Positions 1 through 10,373 of a stretch of 64,000 nt of DNA are shown one piece after another. The position numbers and the translations under genes are program-made. Below the pieces are notes generated by a model, which saw only the letters and a list, made by a program, of their open reading frames with translations, searched no databases and was not told where the DNA came from. The stretch's first letter is position 1, and every line of letters begins with the position of its first letter. Origin of the DNA: Candidatus Eiseniibacteriota bacterium (GTDB taxonomy: Bacteria > Eisenbacteria > RBG-16-71-46); NCBI GenBank assembly GCA_963744995.1, contig CAVUWA010000002.1:960001-1024000 (forward strand), given 5' to 3'.

Positions 1-228
1 AGCGGACCCATGGTCGCGGTGAGTTCGGGCACGGTGACGCTGCTGAACGTCACTGTACCGTTCGGGTTCCGTGTGATTCCCGGAATCGCGCCCTCCACGC
101 TCGAGTTCCAGATGTTGTTCGGCGACTCCGACTGCAACGCGTGGCGGGAGGATCTCGCCATTCAGCTCGAGGCGCAGGGCCCGATCGCCTACGAGACGAA
201 GCAGGCACGTGCCGCGGTCGACCGGTGA
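1..228 (+). CDS. 3' end of a hypothetical protein, truncated at window edge
   Basis: Frame 1 is open from base 1 to TGA 226-228 with GC3-rich codons; converges on the 259-1845 gene. Confidence 0.55.
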   Translation, partial: SGPMVAVSSGTVTLLNVTVPFGFRVIPGIAPSTLEFQMLFGDSDCNAWREDLAIQLEAQGPIAYETKQARAAVDR

Positions 229-258
229 CGATGCAGCTCTGACGCACGCCGGGATGGC

Positions 259-1845
259 CTACCAGACGGCCCGTGCCGGTTGACTCTCGTACAGCGAGGA
301 CCAGATCGCTCCCGCCGCGCGGCGATCGACGTCCAGTTCCTGCATCAGGATCACCAGCGGCCCGGCGCCGCGAAGCCTGCCGTAGGTGACGAGAGCGGCC
401 CGCCTGACCTCCGGGCATTCACGGGCCCATCGCGCCATGAGCACGGCGTCACGATCATTGCCGACCACCCCCAGCGCCCGCGCGATCTTCTCGCGCACGA
501 AGCCGTTGATCCCTGTGCACGAGCGTCCGACCCAGCGCCGTGCGATCTTGCGGCCACGCGGGTCGCCGAGCTCCGTGACGGCGGACAGCAGGGCTTCGCG
601 CAGATCGTCGTCCCGTGTCTTCGAAGCGCGCTCGAGCATGCGGATGGCGCCCGGGGTGCGATGCCCGGCCAGCGTCAAAGCGATCGCCCGCGCGTCGAGC
701 CTCAATGTCGGATGGTTCTTCGGGTCCTGTTGGAGGCGCCGTTCCATGAGGGCGAGGCCGATCGGGTCGCCGCGGCGGGCGATCTCATCGTAGGCCCTGA
801 TTCGCACCGCCGGCTCGGGTGCGTCCAGCATGGATCGAATCACTTCCAGCGGTCTCGATGGATCCAGCGCGACGTCGAGTCTGTCGTCGTGCGTCGTGTA
901 TCGGCCGAAGTCGCTCCAGTCGAAGTGGACCGAGTCCTCCGCCAGTCGCTTCCATGCGGTGATCCGCGTCATTCGCTGTGTCTCGCGATCCCGGTCCCAT
1001 CGATCGCGCCGGGTTGCGATCTCGAAGAGGGCATGCTTCTCATCGGCAACATCCGGGCGCAGCGCCTCGGCCGCATGGAGGCGAACCGACCAGGCGGAGT
1101 CTTGCGCGGCCGCGACCAGCCAGCGCCGCGCAGCGGGGTGCGGATCGTAGCGGGCGAGCATCGCCGCCTGAGCCCGCCGGGCGTCGTCGCCCTGTGAGAG
1201 CCGCATCACGACGTCGTGCAGACTCGGGGGCGGCCGTTCGCCGACGATTCCGGACAGCGCTTCCCGGTCGCGCGGGGCATCGTACTCGAGGGCGCGCAGA
1301 ACCTCTGCGCGAGCGTCCTCGTCGCACAGCCCGGGGTGCTCGCCGATTGCGCGCAGCGCATAGAAATTCTCGACGTCCGTGCCGCGCATCCAGCGGTCGA
1401 TGATTCTGCGGCGCTCCTCGAGCGAGGCATCGCGCATCCTCCACGTATCGCGCGCGAGCCTCACGACCGCCACCGAGTCGACGGGCGTGATCGCCACGGT
1501 CACGCTGCTCATGGGGATGAGGTCGAATCGCGCCGGAGCGAGGCCCATGTACGCACGCAGCGCGGAATCCGCTGCGGGCGGCGGCGCGAGAAACAGGAGG
1601 TAGCGGCGGCCGGCGTGCTGGAAGTAGCCGGTGTGGGTGATCGAGAGTGCGCTGAAGGTGTCGGGCGCGACGCCCTCGATGCGCAGCACGGTCCTGAAAC
1701 GTCCGGCGCGCCGGTAGTCCGTGGAATCGAGGCAGTCGGCCACGACGATCCCGGTGAGCGGTTCCGCCACGGTCACCGGGTCGGGGTAGAACGTCGGCGG
1801 CCCGTAGACGATCGTGAGCGCGACCGCCAGAACGATCGGCAGCAT
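259..1845 (-). CDS. Exported HEAT/PBS-lyase-like repeat protein
   Basis: Hydrophobic N-terminus (MLPIVLAVALTIVYG); helical repeats such as QDSAWSVRLHAAEAL, DAPEPAVRIRAYDEI, DDLREALLSAV, PEVRRAALVTYG. Confidence 0.65.
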   Translation of the reverse strand: MLPIVLAVALTIVYGPPTFYPDPVTVAEPLTGIVVADCLDSTDYRRAGRFRTVLRIEGVAPDTFSALSITHTGYFQHAGRRYLLFLAPPPAADSALRAYMGLAPARFDLIPMSSVTVAITPVDSVAVVRLARDTWRMRDASLEERRRIIDRWMRGTDVENFYALRAIGEHPGLCDEDARAEVLRALEYDAPRDREALSGIVGERPPPSLHDVVMRLSQGDDARRAQAAMLARYDPHPAARRWLVAAAQDSAWSVRLHAAEALRPDVADEKHALFEIATRRDRWDRDRETQRMTRITAWKRLAEDSVHFDWSDFGRYTTHDDRLDVALDPSRPLEVIRSMLDAPEPAVRIRAYDEIARRGDPIGLALMERRLQQDPKNHPTLRLDARAIALTLAGHRTPGAIRMLERASKTRDDDLREALLSAVTELGDPRGRKIARRWVGRSCTGINGFVREKIARALGVVGNDRDAVLMARWARECPEVRRAALVTYGRLRGAGPLVILMQELDVDRRAAGAIWSSLYESQPARAVW

Positions 1846-1866
1846 GAGGCCCCCCGGAAGTGCGAA

Positions 1867-2163
1867 CTACTCGGTACCCGCCTCCACCTGGCCGCCCGCC
1901 TTCTTCACCGCGTCCACGTAGTTCATGCGCATCTCGGTGATCACCTGGCGCAGGACGCGCTCCTCGTCGGGCTCGAGATTGCCCTGCGTGCGCGACTCGA
2001 GCGCGGACAGCGTGTCGATCGTGTCGCGGGCGACGTCGAGGTTGGTTTCGATCTTCCGCGAGATCGGATTCATGAGCTTGCCGAGCGCCATCATGCCGCT
2101 CTGCTGGAGGCCCAGCACGAGCTGCATGAACAGCGCAGCCTGGCGGGAGGGTTGCTGGTTCAT
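1867..2163 (-). CDS. DUF1844-family protein
   Basis: AGGAG SD before ATG 2163; ALGKLMNP...NLDVARDTIDTL..LESRTQGNL...E..VL...LRMNYV-like pattern typical of DUF1844. Confidence 0.75.
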   Translation of the reverse strand: MNQQPSRQAALFMQLVLGLQQSGMMALGKLMNPISRKIETNLDVARDTIDTLSALESRTQGNLEPDEERVLRQVITEMRMNYVDAVKKAGGQVEAGTE

Positions 2164-2998
2164 GGTTTCTCCTGTGCGGACGCGCTCCCGGGTTGCTCCG
2201 GTGCCGATGCCCAGCGCCTTCGCTTCGTTCCAGAGGGCGTCCATTTCTTCGAGCGAGGCGCCGGACGGGGTGCGGCCCTGCGCCTCGAGACGATGTTCGA
2301 TGTGGTGGAAGCGGCTGCGGAAGCGATGCGTCGCCGCGCGCAGCTCGCGCTCGGGATCGACGCCGAGCTTGCGCGCCACGTTGACGACGGCGAACAGCAG
2401 GTCGCCGATCTCGCGCGCGACGGGCGGCGTGGTGTCGCCGGCCATCGCCTCCTCGACCTCGGCGAGCTCTTCCTTGATCTTGGTCATCGCGTCGTCCGGC
2501 ATGCGGCCAGTCGAATCCGACCGCGCCGGCCTTCTCCTGCACGCGATAGGCGGTGACCAGCGCGGCCAGTCCCTTCGGCTCCTTGCCGAGCAGCGACTTC
2601 GGCGCGTCGGGTCGCTCGGCGCGCTTGATCTCCTGCCACTGGCGGTAGGCGGCGTCGCCGTCGGCGACCTGCGCTTCGCCGTAGACGTGCGGATGGCGGC
2701 GGATGAGCTTCGCGGCCACCCGCTCGAGCGACTCATCGAGCCCCGGGCCGCCGCGCTCTTTGAGGAGCTCCATGCAGAAGATCGCCAGGAACGCGACGTC
2801 GCCCAGCTCTTCGGCGGTGCCGTCGAGGTCGCCGTTGCCGATCGCCTCGGCGGTCTCGACGGCTTCCTCGGTGAGGTAGGGCGTCATGGATTCCAGCGTC
2901 TGCTCGCGGTCCCAGGGGCAGCCGTCCGGGCCGCGCAGGCGGCGGCAGACATCGACGAGGGCGGAGTAGGCGGCGAGCTCGCGTTCGGTGGCGGACAT
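2164..2998 (-). CDS. mazG: Nucleoside triphosphate pyrophosphohydrolase MazG (tandem domain), split by a 1-nt frameshift near 2497
   Basis: N-half: LRGPDGCPWDREQT, EEAVE, EELGDV, KLIRRHPHV, QEKAGAVGFDW. C-half in another frame: KIKEELAEV, EIGDLLFAVVNVAR, RFRSRFHHIE, SLEEMDALWNEAK. 3' end uncertain because no stop precedes DUF1844. Confidence 0.88.
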
Positions 2999-3004
2999 GC
3001 AGGC

Positions 3005-3034
3005 AGGATAGCGGAGCGCGGGAGCGTGCGGCAA
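3005..3034 (-). promoter_or_regulatory. Putative sigma70 promoter giving a leaderless mazG transcript
   Basis: Minus strand TTGCCG-18 nt-TATCCT-6 nt-ATG(2998); no SD. Confidence 0.5.
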
Positions 3035-3065
3035 AAGCGCCGCGGTGAAGCCTCCCGAACGCCAA

Positions 3066-3097
3066 CCGCCCCGGTGTCCTGCACGGACCCGGGGCGG
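3066..3097 (-). terminator. GC-rich hairpin downstream of the DUF4382 gene
   Basis: CCGCCCCGG..GTCC/GGAC..CCGGGGCGG inverted repeat; weak U tract. Confidence 0.35.
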
Positions 3098-3112
3098 CGT
3101 CGCCTGCGGCCG

Positions 3113-3943
3113 TTATTGCGGCGTGAGGGTGATGGTGCCGAGATCGGTGTCGCTGCCGGCGGTCACGTTCACGCCGGTGAGCGTCGTGTCGGCGTAGGTC
3201 GCGGACGGATGGATCGCGACGTCGTAGGCCCCCGGCGCGAGCATCGGCAGCACGAATGCGCCGTCACCGGGCGTGGTGGCCGCGGTGGCCACGGTGTCGC
3301 CGCTCGAGATCGCATAGGCTGAGACCGCGACGTCGGCCGGGTCCACGACGCCCTTGATCGAGCCGGTGGTGGCGGCCGGCGCCACGACGACACGCGCGGT
3401 CGGCTTGAGGATGTACATGTCCGAGCCGGTGTGCACGATCGAGCGGCTGCCGTCGAAGTCGATCGCGACGTCGACCGTGCCGCCCGCGGGAACGTCGAAC
3501 CCGCCGATCAGCTTGTAGCCGCTCTGCATTCCGCTCGGCACTTTGAGGTCGTGGGACACGCCGTCCACCACCACGGTCGAGCCGTCGCCCAGCTTGAGTC
3601 GCACCTGATTGTAGTGGCCCGCGGGGACCTGCCCGACGGCCATGGTGGCGAACACGCCGTTGCGCAGCGTCAGCAGGTCGTAGGTCGCCGCCTGATCGCT
3701 CAGCACTTCCCACTCGGTCGAATCCGAATCGGCCGACCCCGAAGCATCCTGGCCTCGATTGACCGAGACCTCGACCACCTGCAGGTTGATCGCGTCGTAG
3801 CTCGCCGGATCGTCGGTGAGCCGCATGCGGATGGTGCCGGTGCCTGCCGGCGAGGTGGGCTGCTTGCCGCAACCGGCCAGTGCTGCAACGGCGACGAACA
3901 TCACGAGCCCGGGGAGGACCCGCAAGGCATGAAGCCTCCTCAT
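3113..3943 (-). CDS. DUF4382-domain lipoprotein with C-terminal carboxypeptidase-regulatory-like beta domain
   Basis: Lipobox LAGC; RLTDDP, YDLLTLRNG, PAGHYNQVRL, LKVPSGMQSGYKL, IDFDGSRSIV, YILKP. Confidence 0.8.
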   Translation of the reverse strand: MRRLHALRVLPGLVMFVAVAALAGCGKQPTSPAGTGTIRMRLTDDPASYDAINLQVVEVSVNRGQDASGSADSDSTEWEVLSDQAATYDLLTLRNGVFATMAVGQVPAGHYNQVRLKLGDGSTVVVDGVSHDLKVPSGMQSGYKLIGGFDVPAGGTVDVAIDFDGSRSIVHTGSDMYILKPTARVVVAPAATTGSIKGVVDPADVAVSAYAISSGDTVATAATTPGDGAFVLPMLAPGAYDVAIHPSATYADTTLTGVNVTAGSDTDLGTITLTPQ

Positions 3944-4187
3944 GAAAAAACCCCTTTCAAGGATGTCGAGCAGGGGAGCGTGGGTTCCGGCATGTGGAGT
4001 TGGGGTGGAGCGCGTCCGGAAGCTTAACGCCGATCGCCGGCACGGCCAAACGGCCGAACGGGCCGCCGAAGACTGCGTGGGCGTCCACGAGGGAGTTCAT
4101 CCGCTCCGGGCAGCGCCTCCGTGCCAGGGCGCCGGCCCCGGCCAGCGCTCAGCAGTGTCGTTCACGCCACGGGGCGCGACCCTCGCA

Positions 4188-6605
4188 TCATCGTGCGATG
4201 ACCACCTTTTGCGAAATCGTCGCGCCGGCGAAACGGACGCGGCCGAAGTAGAGGCCGGCCGGAACGGACCGTCCCGCGGCGTCGCGTCCGTCCCAGAGAA
4301 CGGAATGCTGCGCCGCGGGGAGCTCGGTATCGACGAGACGTCGCACGAGCCGTCCCGACACGTCGAGGACGTCGAATCGTACGTGTCCGGCACGCGGGAG
4401 CGTGAACTCCATGTGCACCGCGCGCCCTGCCGGGTTCGGCCGGGGCAGCGCGAGCCGGAGGCCATGCCCCGGGTCCTCCCGGCCGACGGCGCTGGTCGTG
4501 ACGGAGCGCTCGGCGATGTGCGACGAGCGCTTGCCGCCGGCGACCAGGAAGGTGCCGCCCGCCCAGAGCACCGTGCCATCGCCCTCGGCCGCGTACACGG
4601 CGTTGTCCATGCCGGAGCCGAGCGCGTTGGCGGAAGTGCCCGTCCATGCGGCGATGTTGTCGGCCGGAATCCCATCGAGCGAACTGAACAGCCCGCCGAC
4701 GATGAGATCGGTCATCGACTCGCCGAACCCCAGGACTCCGCCGCCCCCCATACCGAGACCGTTGCCAAGGCCGGACCATGCCACGCCGTCCCAGAAGCCC
4801 ACCTGATTCACCGGCGTGGCGCCGAGGTTCGTGAAGAGCCCGCCCACCACGAGGCCGGACTGATAGGGACGCATGGCGAACACGGCCGCGTCGGCCCCGC
4901 CCCCGAATTCGGTCCAGGCGACACCGTCCCACGCCCCGAGGTTGAGCGCATTCACACCGTCGATGGCGGTGAATTCGCCGCCCACGACCAGGGTGCCGCC
5001 GTAGTTTTCCAGAGCGGCCACGATCGTGCCCTCGACGCCGGTTCCAGCCGCGGTCCAGCTCCCGTTCCATGCGGCGAGTCGCTTCGCCGGAAGGCCGCCC
5101 GCCGTGGAGAACACGCCTCCCACGATGAGCGCGCCGTTCCATACCGTGAGCGCATAGACCTCGTCGTCGGTTCCGGTTCCGAGCGCGTGCCACGCGGCGC
5201 CGTCCCAGCGCGCGATGTTGCTGGCGGGGACGGTTCCGGCCCGTGTGAACCTGCCGCCGACGATGAGATCGCCGTTGTAGATCGTGAACACGTTGACGCG
5301 CGCGTCGCCCTGCGGTGTCGTGAGTCCACCGCCCAGGTCCGACCAGTCGGTCCCGTTCCAGCGCGCGACGGACTCGCAGGCGCAGGAGCCCGCGACCTGG
5401 AAATCACCGCCGGCAATCACCGACCCGCCGAACGTGGTGAGCGCGAACACGGCTCGATCCATGCCCAGGCCGTCGAACGGCGACCAGAGCGAGCCGTCCC
5501 AGCGGGCGATGCGCATGGCGCCGACCGAGCCGGCCGACAGGAAGTCGCCGCCGGCAAAGAGTGCCCCGCCGAAGGACTGAAGCGCATGCACGGCATCGTC
5601 GGTTCCCACGTCGAGCGGGCTCCATACGGCCCCGTCGAAGGAGACGATGCGGTTCGCCGGAACCCCGTCGATCGAGGTGAAATACCCGCCGACTTGCAGG
5701 ATGTCCTGATACACCTCGAGTGCCCGGACCGAATTGTCGAAGCCGGCCCCGCCGGCCGGCGTGTTCCAGGTTCCACCGTCCCAGAAGGCCAGGCGCGGCG
5801 TCGGCGTGGTCCCCGCCGACGAGAAATCGCCCCCCACCCAGAGCAGGCCCGCCCATTCCTGAAGCGCGTGGACGGTGTTGTTGAACCCGGGCCCGACCGC
5901 CGTCCAGGTGAAACCGTCCCATTGCGCGATGAACTCGGCCGGCATGCCGCCGGCGATCGAGAAATCGCCGCCGGCGAACAGGGAACCGTTGTACGTCTCG
6001 AGACAGCGCACCGTGTTGTCGAACCCCGTTCCGAACGCATCCCACGACGAACCGTTCCAAAGCGCGATACGACTGCGGCTGAGAGCGCCGGCCATGGTGA
6101 AGTCGCCGGCGACGGCGAGCGTGCCGCCGAGGGCCTTCATGGCTCTGACCGTCGAATTCGTGCCGCCGCCGACGTCGCTCCAGGTGCCGCCGTCCCATCG
6201 CGCGATGTTGCTCACCGAGGTTCCGCCGGCGATCGTGAAGCTGCCGCCCGCGTACAGGTCGGTGCCGACGACCTCGAGCGAGAGCACCTGTCCATTCATG
6301 CCGCTGCCGAGCGGTTGCCAGTTGGTGCCGTCGAATATGGCCACGCGGGAGGCCACGGCCGATCCAGCGACGGTGAACGCGCCGGCGGCGACGAGGTACC
6401 CGTTGTACTCGCACAGGGCCGTCACGCGGGCATTCATGCCGTTGGAGTAGAACCCCTCGACCCAGGTTTCGTCGCCGACCTGCGGCGCGGCCATCGCGGG
6501 ATGGATCGGCACCAGGGTCGCCAGCGCGAGAGTCGAGAGTGCGACGCTGCGGCATGCAAGCCGGACGAAACTTCCAGTTCTCGTGAGGTGGAGCATCGGA
6601 ATCAC
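4188..6605 (-). CDS. Secreted beta-propeller repeat protein with C-terminal FlgD-Ig/T9SS-like domain
   Basis: Signal peptide ending AMA; 14 ~48-aa repeats (VxAL..LxxGGxF..AGG....IARWDG..W..LG.G); CTD PRPNP...DVSGRLVRRL...WDGRDAAG...GLYF. Confidence 0.85.
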   Translation of the reverse strand: MIPMLHLTRTGSFVRLACRSVALSTLALATLVPIHPAMAAPQVGDETWVEGFYSNGMNARVTALCEYNGYLVAAGAFTVAGSAVASRVAIFDGTNWQPLGSGMNGQVLSLEVVGTDLYAGGSFTIAGGTSVSNIARWDGGTWSDVGGGTNSTVRAMKALGGTLAVAGDFTMAGALSRSRIALWNGSSWDAFGTGFDNTVRCLETYNGSLFAGGDFSIAGGMPAEFIAQWDGFTWTAVGPGFNNTVHALQEWAGLLWVGGDFSSAGTTPTPRLAFWDGGTWNTPAGGAGFDNSVRALEVYQDILQVGGYFTSIDGVPANRIVSFDGAVWSPLDVGTDDAVHALQSFGGALFAGGDFLSAGSVGAMRIARWDGSLWSPFDGLGMDRAVFALTTFGGSVIAGGDFQVAGSCACESVARWNGTDWSDLGGGLTTPQGDARVNVFTIYNGDLIVGGRFTRAGTVPASNIARWDGAAWHALGTGTDDEVYALTVWNGALIVGGVFSTAGGLPAKRLAAWNGSWTAAGTGVEGTIVAALENYGGTLVVGGEFTAIDGVNALNLGAWDGVAWTEFGGGADAAVFAMRPYQSGLVVGGLFTNLGATPVNQVGFWDGVAWSGLGNGLGMGGGGVLGFGESMTDLIVGGLFSSLDGIPADNIAAWTGTSANALGSGMDNAVYAAEGDGTVLWAGGTFLVAGGKRSSHIAERSVTTSAVGREDPGHGLRLALPRPNPAGRAVHMEFTLPRAGHVRFDVLDVSGRLVRRLVDTELPAAQHSVLWDGRDAAGRSVPAGLYFGRVRFAGATISQKVVIAR

Positions 6606-6857
6606 CTCATGGTTCGTGGACTCGGCGATCGTGCAGGCGCGGCAGGCAGTCGAACGGGCAGGCGGGAACCACGGGGCCCGTTTCGGGGGACCACTGCTGA
6701 CCGCCTGATTGTACCGCCGTAATCCCGTCAGGCAAGCGAAGAATCCGCTGCGATCGCGGAGGCGGCCGCAGGTCCGGGGCCAGGCCGGGAGGTCGCTCCG
6801 ATACAGGGCGTTCCATGCTTGCCACGTCGCAGGCCGGCTGGGACATTCATCGCCGTA

Positions 6858-9800
6858 TGCAGATCCGCTGCCGCAGCAGGCTGGCCGTCGCGGCCATGGT
6901 GCTCCTGGTTGCCGCCCTCTCGTCGGTTCCGGCCGGGGCCGCGTTTCAAACGTTCACGACCGCGGACGGGCTGGCGCAGGATGGCGTGCGCTCGATTCTC
7001 GAGGATGATTCCGGCGCGCTCTGGTTCGGAACCTACCTGGGTGGCGTCAGCCGTTTCGATGGCGTGACCTGGACCACGTACGACTCGGCGGGCGCAGCGC
7101 TCCCCGGGAACGACGTCTTCGATCTCCACCAGGACGCGGCCGGCGACGTCTGGGCGGCGACCAATCTCGGTGTGGCGCGTTTCGACGGCCGTTCCTGGCG
7201 CTCGTTCGACACGTCCGACGGCCTGCCGAGTCCGATCATCGAGCAGATCGCCGAGGACGGGGCCGGTCATCTCTGGTTCAGAGGGCAGGGGGGCGGCGTC
7301 ACCCGCTACGACGGCGCGACGTTCACCCGGTTCACGAGCGCGGACGGCCTCGCGAACGACGACGTGAGCGACATCACCATCGACCGTGCGGGAATGCCGT
7401 GGTTCGCGACCCGTGGCGGCGCCAGCCGCTTCGACGGCTCCAGCTGGACGACGCTGACCCGCGCGGACGGACTGGCGAGCGACGCGGTGACCCACATCCT
7501 CGCGGCGTCGGGGGGAGCATTCTGGTTCGCCGTCGACGGGCCCTATCTGTCGCGCTACGACGGACAGATCTGGACCACGTACTCCCTGGCGGACGGTCTT
7601 CCGGGAAACGTGCTGGCTCTATTCGAGGATGCGAATGCGAACATCTGGGCGGGCACCGCGGCCGGCGTCGGCCGCTTCGACGGTGCCGCATGGACGAGCT
7701 TCGACGTGAGCGACGGCCTCGCGGACGACGACGTGAATCAGATCGTTCAGGATCGAAAAGGGTTCCTCTGGTTCGGCGCCGACGTCTCCACCCTGGGCGT
7801 CACGCGATTCGACGGACGCTCGTTCGAAGCGTTCACGACCCGCGAGGGTCTCGCCGCCAACAGCGCGACACGTCTTCTGGTGGACGGCCCAGGCAACCTG
7901 TGGCTGACCTCGGCCGGCGGCGGCGTGACGCGCTTCGACGGCGTCTACGTCCGCCGGTTCGGGGCGCTGGACGGCATGGCGAGCGACTTCGTGCAGGCGC
8001 TGGCCGTCGACACGGCCGGCGTCCTGTGGGTCGGCACGCCGAACGGGTTGAATCGGTTCGACGGAACCCGCTGGAGCCTCTTCACGACGGCGGACGGCCT
8101 GCCGGGCAACAACGTGACGGCGCTGATGGAGCAGGCGGACGGCCGACTCTGGGCCGGCACCTCGGCAGGGGCGGCCACGTGGGATGGCGCCGCCTGGAGT
8201 CCCGTGCCGGCCGTCACGGACGCAGTGACCAGCTTCTTCGAGGATGCCGCCCGCGACGTCTGGGTCGGGACCAGCAATACGGGCGCATTTCGCTACGACG
8301 GCTCCGGCTGGACCGCGTTCGGCACACCCGACCTGATCTCGAACCGGGTGTTGTCGATCGCCCAGGACGCCGCGGGCGACCTCTGGTTCGGCACGCCCTC
8401 GGGCGCGAGCCGCTACGACGGAACCCTCTGGTTCGAGATCACCACCGTGCAGGGTCTGCCCTCGAACCAGGTGAACGCGCTGCGGCTCGCGGCGGACGGC
8501 GCCCTGTGGTTCGGCACCGAAGCCGGGGCGGGCCGTTACGACGGTCAGCAGTTCGTGACGTATGGAGAAACCGACGGGCTGGCCAGCAAGGCGGTGAAGA
8601 CGATCTACGAGGACGCCGACGGGGTCCTGTGGTTCGGGACTCTCTCGGGCGCCACCCGCTTCGATGGCCAGCGGTTCTGGACCTTCGGCGAAGGGGACGG
8701 GCTGAGCGGGCCGCGCGTCACGAGCATCGTCCAGGATCCAACCGACCGTTTCTGGTTCGGAACCCTGCTGGGACAGTCGGGGCTGACGCGCTACGAGCCG
8801 GATCGCGTGCCGCCGAGGGCCGTCATCGTTCCCGCGCCGCCGCCGCTCTCGAGCAGTCGCGACCTCACCTTCAACTACGCGGCCGCCTTCGGCGAGAACC
8901 GCGTCGAGTTCGAAACGTACTTCGACGGTGTGCGCCGTGCATGGAGCGGGCTGAACTTCTTCCAGCAGTCGGGCGTGTCCGACGGCGTGCACACGTTCGA
9001 GGTACGCGCCCGGGATCCGTTCGGCAACATGGAGGCGGCGCCCCGCAGCGCGTCGTTCGAGATCGACGCCACCCAGCCCGAGCCGCAGATCACCTCGCCC
9101 GGCGCCGGCGACGTCGTGCGTGGGCGCTTCGAGATCACCGGGACGACCGAGGACGCGCGTTTTCATGACGCGCGCCTCCTCGTGCGTCCGCTCGGCGAGG
9201 CGTCCTGGGAGCCGCCCGCGGCCACGCTGCTGCGGGCGGACTCGCTCCCCGTCGCGGGCGGTGTGCTGGCGACGTGGGACACGGACGCCTGGGATGAAGG
9301 CGACTATGAAATCGCGGCGTTCGTGGTCGACACGCTCGGGCTGATCGGCACGACGGGCCCGATTCGCGTGACGGTCGACAATCTGTTCCCGTACTTCGAG
9401 CAGACCGCGCCGGCCCGTGTGAGCGCGGCCACCGGCGGCAACGTCTATACGACCCACTCCGAGGTGAAGCTGTTCTTCCCGCCGAATGCCTTCGACCGTG
9501 ACGCCGAGGTGACGATCGACGCCGCCGCGGGTGTCCCGGACTCGCTCGGCCCGGGCATCGTGCGCGTCGCGCCCGCCTTCGACGTCGGCTGGGCCGGCGC
9601 GCGACTCGAGAAACCCGCCACGCTCGAGATGAGCTACGCCGGGGCATCCGTGGCGGCCGGCACCGCGCTCGCGGTGTATGCGGCGGCCGGCTCGACCTGG
9701 ACGCGCATCGGCGGGACGGCCGCGCCCGCGCGATCGATCGTCGGCGCCACGATCCATGGTCCGGCACGATATGCGCTCTTCTCGGAGGTCGAGCCCCCCG

Positions 9801-10111
9801 TGAGCGGGCGCTTTCTCCGCGACCTCACGCTCGCGCCGCGCGTGTTCTCGCCCGGCGGCGGGTTTTCGAACACGCGAGTCGCGATCGGATTCACGATCGG
9901 CCGCCCGGCGCCCGTCACGGTGAAGATCTACAACCGCGCGGGGCGACGCATCCGTACGGTCGCAGCCGGGCAGACGTTCAACAGCGGCTCGAACCTGGTC
10001 TACTGGGACGGCCTGGATCGCAACGGCCGGCCCGCGCTCGAGGGCGTTTACCTCGTCACGGTCGAAGCGCTGGACGAGAGACAGACGAAGACGCTCGCCG
10101 TCGTGAGATGA
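6858..10111 (+). CDS. Secreted Reg_prop-type propeller protein with Ig-like domains and C-terminal FlgD-Ig domain
   Basis: Signal peptide; many DGL.xNxV..I.xD..G.LWFGT..G.xRFDG repeats; Y_Y_Y-like DGVHTFEVRARD; CTD IYNRAGRRIRTV...WDGLDRNG...GVYLV. Start uncertain (6815-6896). Confidence 0.85.
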
Positions 10112-10373
10112 CCTGATCGCGGGAGCGGAGGGCACGGCCCCCCGCACCTGCCGCTCCGGCACGGGCCGCGGCGGCGCCAGCCGCATGGGAGTCGTCCGGC
10201 ATCGCGGGCGCGGACGCTGCGCTCATGCCCGGGCGCTGGATCCGAGGCCCGGCCGCCCGGTGGCAATCAAAGATCCTCGCCGGCGCGTTCGCGTCGGACC
10301 CGGCGGCGCCAGACGGCATCCGCAGCGGCGTTCCGATGCCCGTCGTCGCGACGACAGGCATGACGCCCGAGCC

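Noticed and set aside
2485..2510. Programmed ribosomal frameshift in mazG
   Set aside because: No slippery sequence visible; a second similar single-base shift in the window points to assembly error
1867..2998. mazG as part of a toxin-antitoxin or anti-phage island
   Set aside because: Tandem-domain housekeeping type; no mazEF or defence genes adjacent
4500..8800. Periodic DNA similarity as a possible CRISPR or tandem array (also 15200-16900 and 56780-58000)
   Set aside because: Degenerate in-frame protein repeats; no identical direct repeats with spacers and no cas genes
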